This document shows positions 20,753-33,900 of a stretch of DNA of 64,000 nucleotides, piece after piece. Each line of letters starts with the position of its first letter. The stretch's first letter is position 1. Under the pieces are notes generated by a model. It had not been told where the DNA came from and made no database searches. It saw only the letters and a program-made list of their open reading frames with translations. The DNA comes from Macrostomum lignano. Its lineage: Eukaryota. The stretch lies in contig NIVC01001823.1 of the NCBI GenBank assembly GCA_002269645.1, forward strand, positions 62,001 through 126,000. The letters run 5' to 3'. The translations under genes were made by a program, and so were the position numbers.

Positions 20753-22537
20753 ATGTTCCTGCTGCTGCTGTGGGCGAACCTTGTCACCACCTGTTGTGCG
20801 GTGGAGCCGTCGCAGCCTCTGGGGTTTGCCTACATCGGTTGCTACTATGACGGCGACAACAGTGACCGAGACCTCATCGGGCTCAAAGGGCTCAGCAGCT
20901 TCGGTCCGCATGGAACAGACCCCGGCGCTCCGGCCTTTGTCAGCAGCTCCGCGATGACGCTGGAAATGTGCGGCCGAATCTGCGCTTACGGTCGGTTCCG
21001 CTACTTCGGGGTGCAGGCAAACGATTACTGCTGCTGCGACTCAACCTACGGTTCGAGAGGTGCCGCTTCTGAGGGTGACTGCCGCGCGACATGCACTGGA
21101 AATTCGAGCCAGGTCTGCGGTGGATATTCCAGGAATTCAATCTTTGAACTGTTCTACAGGCCGTGTAAGTTTAAGCCAAAATAGCCGGGCAGTCAACGCC
21201 TGCATGTACATGTAGACCTGTACATGGGCTTCGTCATAGATTTTTTAGTGGTCGGGGGGCCAAGCCAATAATTCCACATGGCTAGATTCCTACATTATAT
21301 TATTGGGAATCTGTATATTGTAAGCACTCATTTTGGCGCCACAGGTACTCATTTTGGCACCGCAGCACTCACTTTGGCACCGCAGACACTCATTTTGGCG
21401 CCGCAGACACTCATTTTGGCGCCACAGGTACTCATTTTGGCGCCGCAGCACTCACTTTGGCGCCGCAGGCACTCATTTTGGCGCCGCAGCACTCATTTTG
21501 GCGCCACAGAAACACATTTTGGCGCCCTGAAGCAAAGTTATCGATGTCCATAACGGGTCACAATTAAGGACAAAGCATTGGCATGCCCCCAATAGCTTAT
21601 ACTGACCCCCTGTCCCCAGGGGACTAAACTTCAAAGAAAAGTCTGGGCCGCTGTGAGCGCCCCGTGTGAGCGTGTGTGCCTGCGTACGTATCTGTGTCTG
21701 TGTTTGTCCATATAGTAAGTCAGCGGAATGGACATGACTGCTCACCTCCTGGTTGACTCTTATAGTAAGTCAGCGAAATGGACATGACTGCTCACCTCCT
21801 GGTTGACTCTTATAGTAAGTCAGCGAAATGGACATGACTGCTCACCTCCTGGTTGACTCTTATAGTAAGTCAGCGGAATGGACATGACTGCTCACCTCCT
21901 GGTTGACTCTTATAGTAAGTCAGCGGAATGGACATGACTGCTCACCTCCTGGTTGACTCTTATAGTAAGTCAGCGGAATGGACATGACTGCTCACCTCCT
22001 GGTTGACTCTTATAGTAAGTCAGCGGAATGGACATGACTGCTCACCTCCTGGTTGACTCTTATAGTAAGTCAGCGGAATGGACATGACTGCTCACCTCCT
22101 GGTTGACTCTTATAGTAAGTCAGCGGAATGGACATGACTGCTCACCTCCTGGTTGACTCTTATAGTAAGTCAGCGGAATGGACATGACTGCTCACCTCCT
22201 GGTTGACTCTTATAGTAAGTCAGCGGAATGGACATGACTGCTCACCTCCTGGTTGACTCTTGCATATTCCTACCTTTGAAAATTCCTTCCAGTTGGTTCA
22301 ACAATGAAGAAGTTCTCCGTCTCCGCCATGCCGGTGATCTCAGCTGTCGATGGAACCGTCGTTAAGAACAGCTTCCCAGCGGCCGTTGAATTCCAGTGCG
22401 CTGCCACCTGCCAACGCAGCCCCGACTGTCTCGGCTGCGTCTTCGCGTCTTCGAGTCGAGTGTGCCGTCTGCTGAAGTTCTTTGCTGTGCCTGCCGAAGT
22501 GGCCAGCGAGGCTGAGTGGGTTTGGATGAAGCTGTGA
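20753..22537 (+). CDS. Secreted WSC-domain + PAN/Apple-domain protein, copy 1 (exons 20753-21164, 22293-22537)
   Basis: Signal peptide MFLLLLWANLVTTCCA; WSC motif YIGCY..MTLEMC..C....YFGVQ..YCCC..C..C.GNSSQVCGG; second exon CAATC..SPDCLG......CRL; phase-1 GT-AG intron. Confidence 0.8.
21712..22261. repeat. 50-bp tandem repeat, about 11 copies, in the WSC/PAN intron
   Basis: Unit ATAGTAAGTCAGCGGAATGGACATGACTGCTCACCTCCTGGTTGACTCTT. Confidence 0.9.
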
Positions 22538-23910
22538 GGCTGGGTGGGTCTGGATGAAGCTGTGAGGCTGAGTGGGTTTTGATGAAGCTGTGAGGCTGGG
22601 TGGGTCTGGATGAAGCTGTGAGGCTGGGTGGGTCTGGATGAAGCTGTGAGGCTGGGTGGGTCTGGATGTAGCTGTGAGGCTGAGTGGGTTTGGATGAAGC
22701 TGTGAGGCTGGGTGGGTCTGGATCTGGATATGAGGCTGAGTGGGTTTGGATGAAGCTGTGAGGTTGGGTGGGTCTGGATCTGGATGAAGCTGTGAGGCTG
22801 GGTGGGTCTGGATGAAGCTGTGAGGCTGAGTGGGTTTGGATTAAGCTGTGAGGCTGGGTGGGTCTGGATGAAGATGTGAGGCTGGGTGGATCTGGATGTA
22901 GCTGTGAGGCTGAGTGGGTTTGGATGAAGCTGTGAGGCTGGGTGGGTCTGGATCTGGATGAAGCTGTGAGGCTGGGTGGGTCTGGATGAAGCTGTGAGGC
23001 TGAGTGGGTTTGGATTAAGCTGTGAGGCTGGGTGGGTCTGGATCTGGATGAAGATGTGAGGCTGGGTGGATCTGGATGTAGCTGTGAGGCTGAGTGGGTT
23101 TGGATGAAGCTGTGAGGCTGGGTGGGTCTGGATCTGGATGAAGATGTGAGGCTGTGTGGGTCTGGATGAAGCTGTGAGGCTGAGTGGGTTTGGATGAAGC
23201 TGTGAGGCTGGGTGGGTCTGGATGAAGCTGTGATGCTGAGTGGGTTTGGATGAAGCTGTGAGGCTGGGTGGGTCTGGATGTAGCTGTGAGGCTGAGTGGG
23301 TTTGGATGAAGCTGTGAGGCTGGGTGGGTCTGGATGAAGCTGTGAAGCTGAGTGGGTTTGGATGAAGCTGTGAGGCTGGGTGGGTCTGGATGTAGCTGTG
23401 AGGCTGAGTGGGTTTGGATGAAGCTGTGAGGTCGGTTGGGTCTGGATCTGGATGAAGCTGTGAGGCTGGGTGGGTCTGGATCTGGATGAAGCTGTGAGGC
23501 TGGGTGGGTCTGGATGAAGCTGTGAGGCTGAGTGGGTTTGGATGAAGCTGTGAGGCTGGGTGGGTCTGGATCTGGATGAAGATGTGAGGCTGAGTGGGTT
23601 TGGATGAAGCTGTGAGGCTGAGTGGGTTTGGATGAAGCTTTGAGGCTGGGTGGGTCTGGATCTGGATGAAGCTGTGAGGCCGGGTGGGTTTGGATGAAGC
23701 TGTGAGGCCGAGTGGGTTTGGATGAAGCTGTGAGGCTGAGTGGGTTTGGATGAAGCTGTGAGGCTGGGTGGGTCTGGATCTGGATGAAGCTGTGAGGCTG
23801 TGTGGGTCTGGATGAAGCTGTGAGGCTGGGTGGGTCTGGATGAAGCTGTGAGGCTGGGTGGGTCTGGATGAAGCTGTGAGGCTGTGTGGGTCTGGATGAA
23901 TCTGTGAAGC
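22508..23910. repeat. 28-bp minisatellite GAGGCTG(A/G)GTGGGT(T/C)TGGATGAAGCTGT
   Basis: The first unit is the last codons of the PAN exon. Confidence 0.9.
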
Positions 23911-26310
23911 TGAGTTTGTCTGGGTAATTTACTACTTTCATAGCGCATCAAAACATAGAGCTTCAAGCTTAATGAAACTATTCAACTTTGAATTTAAACA
24001 AAGGAATTGATGAAAGAAACCATCTTGAAAAATATAAATGTTTATCCATCCGCCACTTCTACAAGCGTATGATAGCCAACTATGAAAAGAACTTTACGTC
24101 TACATATTTACTTCATTCATAACTTATTTAAAATTTCTCAACTTTTTGGGTCTCAGAAAAAGGTAGAGTGGCTTTCGTGTGACTCACCCCTGAGGGCCAA
24201 CCCCCAAGGCGCAGAGGGTGTGTACTCCTGACAGGATCAGAAAGTCAGGCCGCTGCACACCCTGTGTGAGCGTGTGCATGAGTGCGGGCCTGCGCGTATT
24301 GGTGCGCTTGTGTGTGCTCAGCGGAATGGGCAGAATACCGTCAGCGCTGGTTGTGGGACGCTGTCGCCGAAGGCGCTGCGCCAGGGTGCCCGCATCCCTC
24401 CCGTGAATGAGTGAAAATGCGCTTGTGGAGTGAGTGATGAAATCTCTATTCTCAACAGTAAAGCTTCTAAGAATGAACTCCCAGCCAAGCAAAGTTGCTA
24501 TTTGTCCAAGCAGTTCCTTTTTTATTTTTAGACTTCTTTTGTTTATCGATCAATATACCAACATCCAACACGAATGCACTGAACATTGCTAAGAGTTCTC
24601 GTCCAGTTAAAAGCCAGTGCATTAAAAGGAGCGAAAGCGTTAAAACGCAGCTTGGCTCAGCAAATAGCTTGTATTTTATCATGTCTTTCAACTTTGCTTG
24701 TGATCGTTCCTTTTTCTGCAATCTGGCTCATCACTCAACTGAGACACGATGGTTGCTCGCAAACAGAGTCGTGAGAATGCCATCTGCTACATGCTAGGGG
24801 ATCCAATATGGGTGGGCCGTAGCCCAGGGGTCTGGCGTGGCGCTCTGATGTTCCAGCGGCCCCGGCTCGATTCCAAGTGCAGTCACATTTATTTTGGAAC
24901 TAAATAGCTAGGAATCTCGGCTTGGCTCTGCTCGTGCAATTAACCCCACTGATGGGCCAACCCCCAATGCACAGTGAAGTGTGCGGCCGCTGTACACTCC
25001 TGTGTGAGTGTGTGCCTGTATGCATGACTGCGTACATATCCATGCTCTTGTTTGCCTGCTCAGGGGAGTCGGCGGAAAGGGCAGTAATGCCTCTCGCCGG
25101 TTGTGTGAGTGTGACAATGTCCCTAAAGTACGCCAAGCTGCACACATGCAGCGCCTGCCACTTAAACTAAAAAATACGGAAGCTTAGCGTCTTACTTAAA
25201 GTAGTCGATATGAATCTTATCAAATACATAACTATGATGTTGCCATGGAGATGCGGAGTCTGACAAATTATTTGAACAAGATGAAAAATGAGTTCATCGT
25301 CAGTTTTTGGAGCTTCGTCTAAACAATTCACGCAGCCCACACGGGCTAATAAGATACTCGCATTTGCATGCAAAGTTGTACATTTAATTAGGCAGCTCTA
25401 CACCTGTCAGAAATTTTTTAAATCTAATTGTAATTCACAACGTCACTTCATATTACACTCGTCTTCCAATCAAAGGCTCAAAATAAGGAGGCTGGCTCGG
25501 GGCAGAACAACTCAGTGGTCAATGCGTTCGATTCTTGCGCCATAGTACCCCGGGCTCGACCGTTCTCGGCCAAATTCCGATAATTTGAGTAAATTTTGCC
25601 CCCTTGATGGCCAATCCACAAGGTGCAGAGTATGCAACGTGCGCCGTCCTTTTAGTTGAGGCTCAACGCTGCAACCGCGAACTTGCAAGCTGTTTACAGA
25701 TGTTGCTTTGTTAAAGAAAAGATAAAATTTCTCGCAGCACGTGTGCTATGCTTACGCCAGTCACAATAAGAACAAAAGCATTCAATGAATGAATTTCATT
25801 GCTGGAAGCCAATGGAGTGGCTGAGTCTCCCGTCTGGCCTAAGATCGATGTACAGTGCTTTGTAATGCAAGCTGAAGTAGCTGGAAACTCTGTTATTTCT
25901 CAACTGCTTGAAGCCTCTCCATTTCAATCCGAAGAGCTGGCTAGATGTGCTAGAAGCAGAATATACTGCTTGGAGGAGCAGCTGCTGCTGAGACAATGTC
26001 ACTGAAAGCGTTGCGCCAGGTTGCCTACCGTTTCCAACCGTTGCCAACTGGCAGTATAAGGAGCTGGGAATTGAGTTGCAAATGCATTTGCTATCCAATG
26101 ACAAGCATATAGTGTTGTAGTGTACGCCCCTCTACGCCTGTAGGCTTGTATGTGACTCTAGCTTGAGTTCTCTCGACCAACGTGCGCTAGCTCTGCCCCG
26201 CTCCCCCCCTTAACCATTGCACAACGTTGTAGCCGCACGTCGGCAGTGACTATATATGAACTCAAATATATGGTCCACGAGACCACTTTATACTTCGCGC
26301 ACAAGCGCAC

Positions 26311-27505
26311 TACAAGTGTGCATAGGAGCTGTATCCAATGACAAGCATCCAGTGTGCATAGGAGCTGTATCCAATGACAAGCATCCAGTGTGCATAGGAG
26401 CTGTATCCAATGACAAGCATCCAGTGTGCATAGGAGCTGTATCCAATGACAAGCATCCAGTGTGCATAGGAGCTGTATCCAATGACAAGCATCCAGTGTG
26501 CATAGGAGCTGTATCCAATGACAAGCATCCAGTGTGCATAGGAGCTGTATCCAATGACAAGCATCCAGTGTGCATAGGAGCTGTATCCAATGACAAGCAT
26601 CCAGTGTGCATAGGAGCTGTATCCAATGACAAGCATCCAGTGTGCATAGGAGCTGTATCCAATGACAAGCATCCAGTGTGCATAGGAGCTGTATCCAATG
26701 ACAAGCATCCAGTGTGCATAGGAGCTGTATCCAATGACAAAAATCCAGTGTGCATAGGAGCTGTATCCAATGACAAGTATCCAGTGTGCATAGGAGCTGT
26801 ATCTAATGACAAGCATCCAGTGTGCATAGGAGCTGTATCCAATGACAAGCATCCAGTGTGCAAAGGAGCTGTATCCAATGACAAGCATCCAGTGTGCATA
26901 GGAGCTGTATCCAATGACAAGCATCCAGTGTGCATAGGAGCTGTATCCAATGACAAGCATCCAGTGTGCATAGGAGCTGTATCCAATGACAAAAATCCAG
27001 TGTGCATAGGAGCTGTATCCAATGACAAGTATCCAGTGTGCATAGGAGCTGTATCTAATGACAAGCATCCAGTGTGCATAGGAGCTGTATCCAATGACAA
27101 GCATCCAGTGTGCATAGGAGCTGTATCCAATGACAAGCATCCAGTGTGCATAGGAGCTGTATCCAATGACAAGCATCCAGTGTGCATAGGAGCTGTATCC
27201 AATGACAAGCATCCAGTGTGCATAGGAGCTGTATCCAATGACAAGCATCCAGTGTGCATAGGAGCTGTATCCAATGACAAGCATCCAGTGTGCATAGGAG
27301 CTGTATCCAATGACAAGCATCCAGTGTTCATAGGAGCTGTATCCAATGACAAGCATCCAGTGTGCATAGGAGCTGTATCCAATGACAAGCATCCAGTGTG
27401 CATAGGAGCTGTATCCAATGACAAGCATCCAGTGTGCATAGGAGCTGTATCCAATGACAAGCATCCAGTGTGCATAGGAGCTGTATCCAATGACAAGCAT
27501 CCATG
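26311..27505. repeat. 36-bp tandem repeat, about 33 copies
   Basis: Unit CCAGTGTGCATAGGAGCTGTATCCAATGACAAGCAT, head-to-tail, no spacers. Confidence 0.92.
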
Positions 27506-27634
27506 CGCATCGTAGCTGTATCCAATGACTGAGCAGCAGCAGCTATAGATACAATGATAATATCAATGATATTAACGCTAAGTCTGCAGCACAGGTGTAA
27601 AGCAGCGGCCGCAATGAAAGTGTGCGATAAAGAT

Positions 27635-28915
27635 ATGCCGCTGGAAACATTCTTCGCTGGTTATTTTCTGTTGCACTCTTGTCTCTGGAGCTGCATGGTC
27701 TCCGCAACTCCGATTCCGCTGGGTCTTCAGTGCATCGGCTGCTATGCGGACGGTCTCTATAACAGCAGCCGAGACCTGCGAGGACTTCAAGGCATTGTCA
27801 AGTTCGGTCCGTACGCCACGAAACCGACTGTGCCCGCCTTTGTGCAGAAGCCGGGCGAGATGACGCTGCAACTGTGCGCCGACATCTGCAAGTGCGGCCG
27901 TTTCCGCTACTTCGGCGCTCAGTTCGCCGAGTACTGCTGCTGCGGGTCGGCCTACGGCTCTCTCGGAGCCGCTCCTGACTCCCAGTGCAATCTCAAATGA
28001 GGCGGGAATGTATCTCAGGTGTGCGGTGGTGGCAATCGAAATTCAATCTATGAAATCATCTACCCGAAGTGTAAGCGAATGAAATGTTTGTCAGAATGGG
28101 TAACTTCTGCTTCGTGCACATGATGGGTTCCGTTCGGGTTTGTATGTTAAAAGGCATGACCTCACAAGCTGAAGATTTTAATGTGAGCCAGCACAAGGGC
28201 TTCAGCACCAGGGGCGCCAGCACCAGGGGCTTCATCACCAGGGGCTTTAGTATCAGGGGCTTTAGCACCAAGAGCTTCAGCACCAAAGGCTTCATCACCA
28301 GGGGCTTTAGTATCAGGGGCTTTAGCACCAAGGGCTTCAGCACCAGGGGCTTCATCACCAGGGGCTTTAGCATCAGGGGCTTTAGCACCAAGGGCTTTAG
28401 CACCAAAGGCTTCATCACCAGAGGCTTTAGCATCAAGGCAACACTTTGTAAGCTAATTCAGCCCAAATAATAGACCCAGGACTCACAGCTCTTTACATTC
28501 TTGAAGGCTCAGATTGCGATTGCAATATAGATAGAATCAGAAACGGAATGAAAATTTACATTCAAGAGACATGGAAAATGGAAGAAACAAGGATGCTCAT
28601 AAAGTTTTATGCTGCAGAACTGCAATTGGATTTGCTAGAAAAATATCAAATTACCATTTATTCCAACCAGATGAAAACATTTCGAAGAAGCTGGCAGCTG
28701 CATCGATGCCCAACATCACCAGCGCTCAGAGCTCCATGACTCACAGCAGTTTCCCAGCCAGAGTTGAATTCGAGTGCAGCGCCGCCTGCCACAGCAGCCC
28801 GAGCTGTCTGGGCAGCACCTTCTCGCCGTCAGGCCGGATGTGCCGCCTGCTGAAGTTCCACGCTGTGCCCGAGGAGTTGGCCAGCGAGTTCGAGTACGTC
28901 TGGATGAAGCCGTGA
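27635..28915 (+). pseudogene. WSC + PAN/Apple protein, copy 2, with in-frame TGA at 27998-28000 (exons to 28070; 28671-28915)
   Basis: Paralog of 20753-22537; CNLK*GGNVSQVCGG aligns with CRATCTGNSSQVCGG. Confidence 0.7.
28195..28435. repeat. 15-bp minisatellite related to AGCACCAGGGGCTTT
   Basis: Direct inspection. Confidence 0.8.
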
Positions 28916-30524
28916 GGCTGAGAGCAGCCAGCAGCTGCCAGAATGGAATCCATTGCAATAACTAACCAATTAGAACTCTGGGCTCTGGGAATGTTGAAGG
29001 AACAACTTTAAGTTGGTTTTTATTGCCTGATTGGAGTTCCCTCGTATGACGCAATATTTCTACTCGGAATGGGTCTGTAACAGAGACTTTTTAAAAATTT
29101 CAGTGGAACTCAACGAGGCTGGAATCTATCTGATTCTCGATATACGTATAAATGTACTTTTCATGTGCTCCGTTCTTGAGTCTGTCAGTGTATCCTACCC
29201 ACGACATAGATTCTTTTGAGTTTGAGTTCAGAGTTGAAACGAAGTTTCTTCTTTAATCTGTACTCTACTTTGTTTCTGTTTAACAACCTGAATCTTGCGG
29301 CTTTGTGCTCATTTTAAAGTGTAGCACTCGTAATTGCCAAAATAAACAGATATACGATTAAAGAGCGCTTTGTTCTGAATTATTTACGAATTATGTGAAC
29401 TGACTTTTATGGGCGATTCTTATAGAAGACGATTGCTCAATGAGTAGCCTCAGTGCATGCCGGTTGACTCGATGGCTACTTGAAACTTCAAGGCCAGCTT
29501 TTTTACCTGTATTTAGTGATGCTTGCCTTAAAAAAGCATTCTATTGAAATGTTTTAAAGAAACTTGCACTAGCTGTGTGCTAAAAAATGCAAGTATACAT
29601 GTATTTTATAAGGCCTTAATCTGTATAATTTGCATATTTACCGTATAAAAGCTAAAAATGAGGAAAAAATGTTTTAAACGATTGAATCCAGCAAAATTTT
29701 AAGCAGTGCACGAGAACAATTTGAAACCAACTCAGCAGTTAAGGCGACATCCAAATTATTTTAAAATATACTATACCAAGGAAAATGCGCTTCGCTTTCA
29801 CACCTAGAAATACCTCAAAGTGCAGCTATACAAAATGTACTTCAAAACGACATATGTACTTTCGTAGAAGTAGCTCACACCTAGAAATCCGCATGCATTC
29901 ATTAGGCAGGTGACTGTAGCGATGGCAATTGTAGGGATGGTGAGTGAAGGGATAGGGACTGTAGGGGCCACAAGGGCCGTTTGCCCCCTGTTTAAAATAT
30001 GAACAGAAAGAGCGGAAGTGATTCAATTGCACTTGTAAATTCAACCCAGCGGATTCTCATGGCCTGACCTGCGCCCGAGAGGAGCAGAGGCGAGATTTCG
30101 CCGACTCACCTGGCCAGAGTGCAGAGTGAGAAAGAAAAAAGGCCCAGTTTAACAATGCATTTTCTTGTACATTTGGCCGCCTCCTCAAACCGATGCACTG
30201 CGGGATTGAGCAGTATTTTACTCCGCTCAGTAGGCCATTAAATGCCTAAATGCATTTAAAGATCTCAAACTGCACTGAGGCACAATGGGTCAGCTCAGCT
30301 TCATCAAGTACAGCTTGGGGTGGCCCCTGCAGCCGCAGTCTCTCCGTTGCCATGCTGGGTGCACAGAGGCGAAGGCGGCGGACTCAGCGCTCATGCTCGG
30401 GAGAGAAGTTTCGGCTGCTCAGGCCGGGGGTGGTCGGCCTCTCCAGAGGCTGAAAAAGGGAGGGCAGCTGAGAGATGAGGCGGTAAAATCTTTCTGGCAA
30501 CCGGCTGCAGAAACCTTTGAAACA

Positions 30525-30745
30525 CCTGCCACTCTGGCAGCAGCCGTGACTGACATCTGCCACTCTGACAGCAGCCGTGACTGACATCTGCCACTCTGAC
30601 AGCAGCCGTGACTGACATCTGCCACTCTGACAGCAGCCGTGACTGACATCTGCCACTCTGACAGCAGCCGTGACTGATATCTGCCACTCTGACAGCAGCC
30701 GTGACTGACATCTGCCACTCTGACAGCAGCCGGGGCTGACATCTG
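30525..30745. repeat. 31-bp minisatellite GACTGACATCTGCCACTCTGACAGCAGCCGT (paralog 59920-60325)
   Basis: Direct inspection. Confidence 0.88.
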
Positions 30746-30929
30746 CCACCCTCAGCCAAGGATCATTGGTAGGGTTCATATATATTTTTATAAATTCGTT
30801 TCAAAAATTTAAAGGAGCGAAGCCACCCTTCTTCTCCCCCTCTCCCTCCCGCTTTCTCCAGCAGGATTCAAAGCGCCTCTTTCTCCCTGTCTAAAGCCTT
30901 GGACCGCTCTTTGACACGGAAGCCGCACA

Positions 30930-33900
30930 ATGGGCCAAAAACTCAGCAGCCATAGGGCCGTCATCAGCGGCAACATCCCGGCAGTGAGAGCTCATCTGTG
31001 GATTCGACCGGGACAAACACGGAAGACACGCTTTTGCATAGAAAATACTCGACTGGCTGCGCAGCATGGTAAGTTGAGAGTCGTCGAGTTTCTCGTGTCA
31101 CAAGTCGCTGACGAAGCAATCAGAGATCGCTGCTGCATTCATGCTGCCGAATCTGCTGCAAGAGATGGTGAGTGGGAAGTCGTCAGGTTTCTCATGCCTC
31201 AAATTGCTGACCAAGAAAACAGAGGTCGCTGCTGCATCGACGCTGCCAAATCTGCTGCAACAAATGGTCACTTAGAAGTCGTCAAGTTTCTCGTGCCACA
31301 AGTCGCTGACCAAGCAAACAGAGATCGCTGCTGCATCTACGCTGCCAAATCTGCTGCAAGAAATGGTCACTTAGAAGTCGACAAGTTTCTCGTGCCACAA
31401 GTCGCTGACCAAGCAAACAGAGATCGCTGCTGCATCTACGCTGCCGAATCTGCTGCAAGAGATGGTGAGTGGGAAGTCGTCAGGTTTCTCATGCCTCAAA
31501 TTGCTGACCAAGAAAACAGAGGTCGCTGCTGCATCGACGCTGCCAAATCTGCTGCAACAAATGGTCACTTAGAAGTCGTCAAGTTTCTCGTTTCTCAAGT
31601 CGCTTACCAAGCAAACAGAGATCGCTGCTGCATCAAAGCCTCCAAATCTGCTGCAGAAAATGACCAGTGGGAAGTCGTAAAGTTTCTCGTGCAACAAATC
31701 GCTGACCAGCAAAACAGAGATCGCTGCTTCATCAAAGCCTCCAAATATGCTGTAGAAAATCGTCAGTGGGAAGTCGTCAAGTTTCTCGTGCCACAAATCG
31801 CTGACCAAGCAAACAGAGATCGCTGCTGCATCGACGCTGCCGAATCTGCTGCAACAAATGGTCGCTTGGAAGTCGTCAAGTTTCTCGTGTCACAAGTCGC
31901 TGACCAAGCAAACAGAGATCGCTGCTGCATCGACGCTGCCGAACCTGCTGCAATTTGCGGTCAGTGGAAAGTCGTCAAGTTCCTCATCTCGTGTATTTCA
32001 AGTCCGGATCACAAAACGAATCTCCGTATCAAATACGTAGATCTAGCTTGCTCTCGTCTCGAAGAAAATATCGTTGCCTCCCTAGGCCTCGAGCCCGACT
32101 GGCTCTTCCAATCCAGCACCATCCTCAGCTTCACTGCAGCAATGGCCATCGAAGGCAGGAATTTTGTTCTCACCGACACTCTCTCTCGAATGCAGCCAGC
32201 TCACATCACACAGCTGCTCCGTCTCTCCATCTCTCAAAGACACGTCGCTCTTGCTGTCACACTGATCAATGATGAGCGAGTCAGCACACAGCATGTCGAT
32301 CTGCCAGACAGCACTGGAGCCACTGCTCTCATGCTGGCAGCTGATGCAGGTCATCACGAGCTCATTGAGAAACTCATCGATCTTGGTGCGTCAGTGCGTG
32401 CTGAAGACAGTCAGGGTCGGACTGCTCTGTCACGAGCGTGCGAAGCCGGTCACGTGCGAGCAGCAAAGGCTCTGATGGACAGAGGAGCGGATGCGAGTCA
32501 TCGAGACGGTCGGGGTCTGACGTGTGCGCAGGTGGCACAGCGATTTGAGCAGCAGCAGGTGCTGCGGCTGCTGGATCTCAGTGGAGCGGGGTGAGTGAGG
32601 CGAAATGATTTAGCGAATATTTTCGGTGCTGTATCGTGCTTTAGTAGAGCATTGTTGTAATTTTATTTGAAGAACCTTGTTAAACTGTTTTAGTTAGAAA
32701 AAATACAAGCATATTTGGTTTCAAGAGAAGAGGCGAACACGGAAACGAGGGAAAAACTGAGGAAAAAGAGGGAAGAGCGAAGACAAAAAAGACAAAGAAA
32801 GGATTAATTTTATATTTTTAGATCAGACAAGGGAGGACTTCATTGCCCCACACGGAACGTCAAAAGATAATGGAGTAAAGCGAGCTCATGTGACAAAATA
32901 TTTTATTTATTGTAATGCTTGAGTAAAGTAAAAATGATACTAAATTTGCGCCTGCTTCTGCCCCCCTCTCACTCCGCTTTTTATTTTTCCTACCTGAAAA
33001 GCTGCATGAGAATCTAAGACTCAATTGCTGTGACAACGCTGGCTTTCCTTCCCGCATTGCAGAAGCCCAGAGGCCCGGCAGGCAGCCGCTCACCGTTTGG
33101 ATTCGGGTCTTCATCGGTGAGTCTGATCGGTTCGGCTTTCACTGCCGCATTGCACCTTCCGACAGGCTGGCAGCTTGGGGCAGAAATTGCAGCGAAACTC
33201 AGCAGAGTTGAGATTGGGTTGGACTCTCAGCTCTCCTGCTTGAGATGCCAGTCTGAGTGCTGCAGCAGCTGCACTCTCAGCTCTCCTGCTTGAGATGCCA
33301 GTCTGAGTGCTGCAGCAGCTTCACTCTCAGCTCTCCTGCTTGAGATGCCAGTCTGAGTGCTGCAGCAGCTGCACTCTCAGCTCTCCTGCTTGAGATGCCA
33401 GTCTGAGTGCTGCAGCAGCTGCACTCTCAGCTCTCCTGCTTGAGATGCCAGTCTGAGTGCTGCAGCAGCTGCACTCTCACCTCTCCTGCTTGTTCTGTCC
33501 ATCCAACTCTGAACAAGTCACCCACACGCATCTCGCATCATTCCAGGCTCTCAGACGACTCCCAGCAAGACAGGCGCCTGAGCGAGGAGCTTCATCGACT
33601 GCTCAGCGATGCGGGATTCACCGAGCAGAGAGCAAAGTGTCAGCAGAGTCTGGCTGACTGGCTGCAAGGAGTCGCTCGAGTCCTCACACAGGATCGCAGG
33701 CAGATGACGGGCAGCTACGCAGAGGGCTGGGCCAACAGTCTGGTGCAAGTGAACGGCAGGACAGCTGCAGACTCGGACATTGACTGGACTGTGCTGGTTG
33801 CTGGACAAGAGTTTCATCTGAAAGGTGGCTGCAAAACAAAGAAAGACTCATGCAGAGCCGCCACTCGGCTGCAGGTCATGGAGGGCCACGCACAGGTGAC

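Noticed and set aside
22362-23966. 534-aa and 308-aa minus-strand ORFs
   Set aside because: They are translations of the 28-bp minisatellite.
26256-27515. 36-bp repeat array of CRISPR-like unit length and 400-aa repetitive ORFs
   Set aside because: Units are head-to-tail with no unique spacers, there are no cas genes, and the context is eukaryotic; the ORFs are repeat artefacts.
30930-32594. Standalone single-exon ankyrin genes (also 60588-62309)
   Set aside because: The TGA stop overlaps a GTGAGT donor, and downstream exons continue in phase into the Mab-21 domain.
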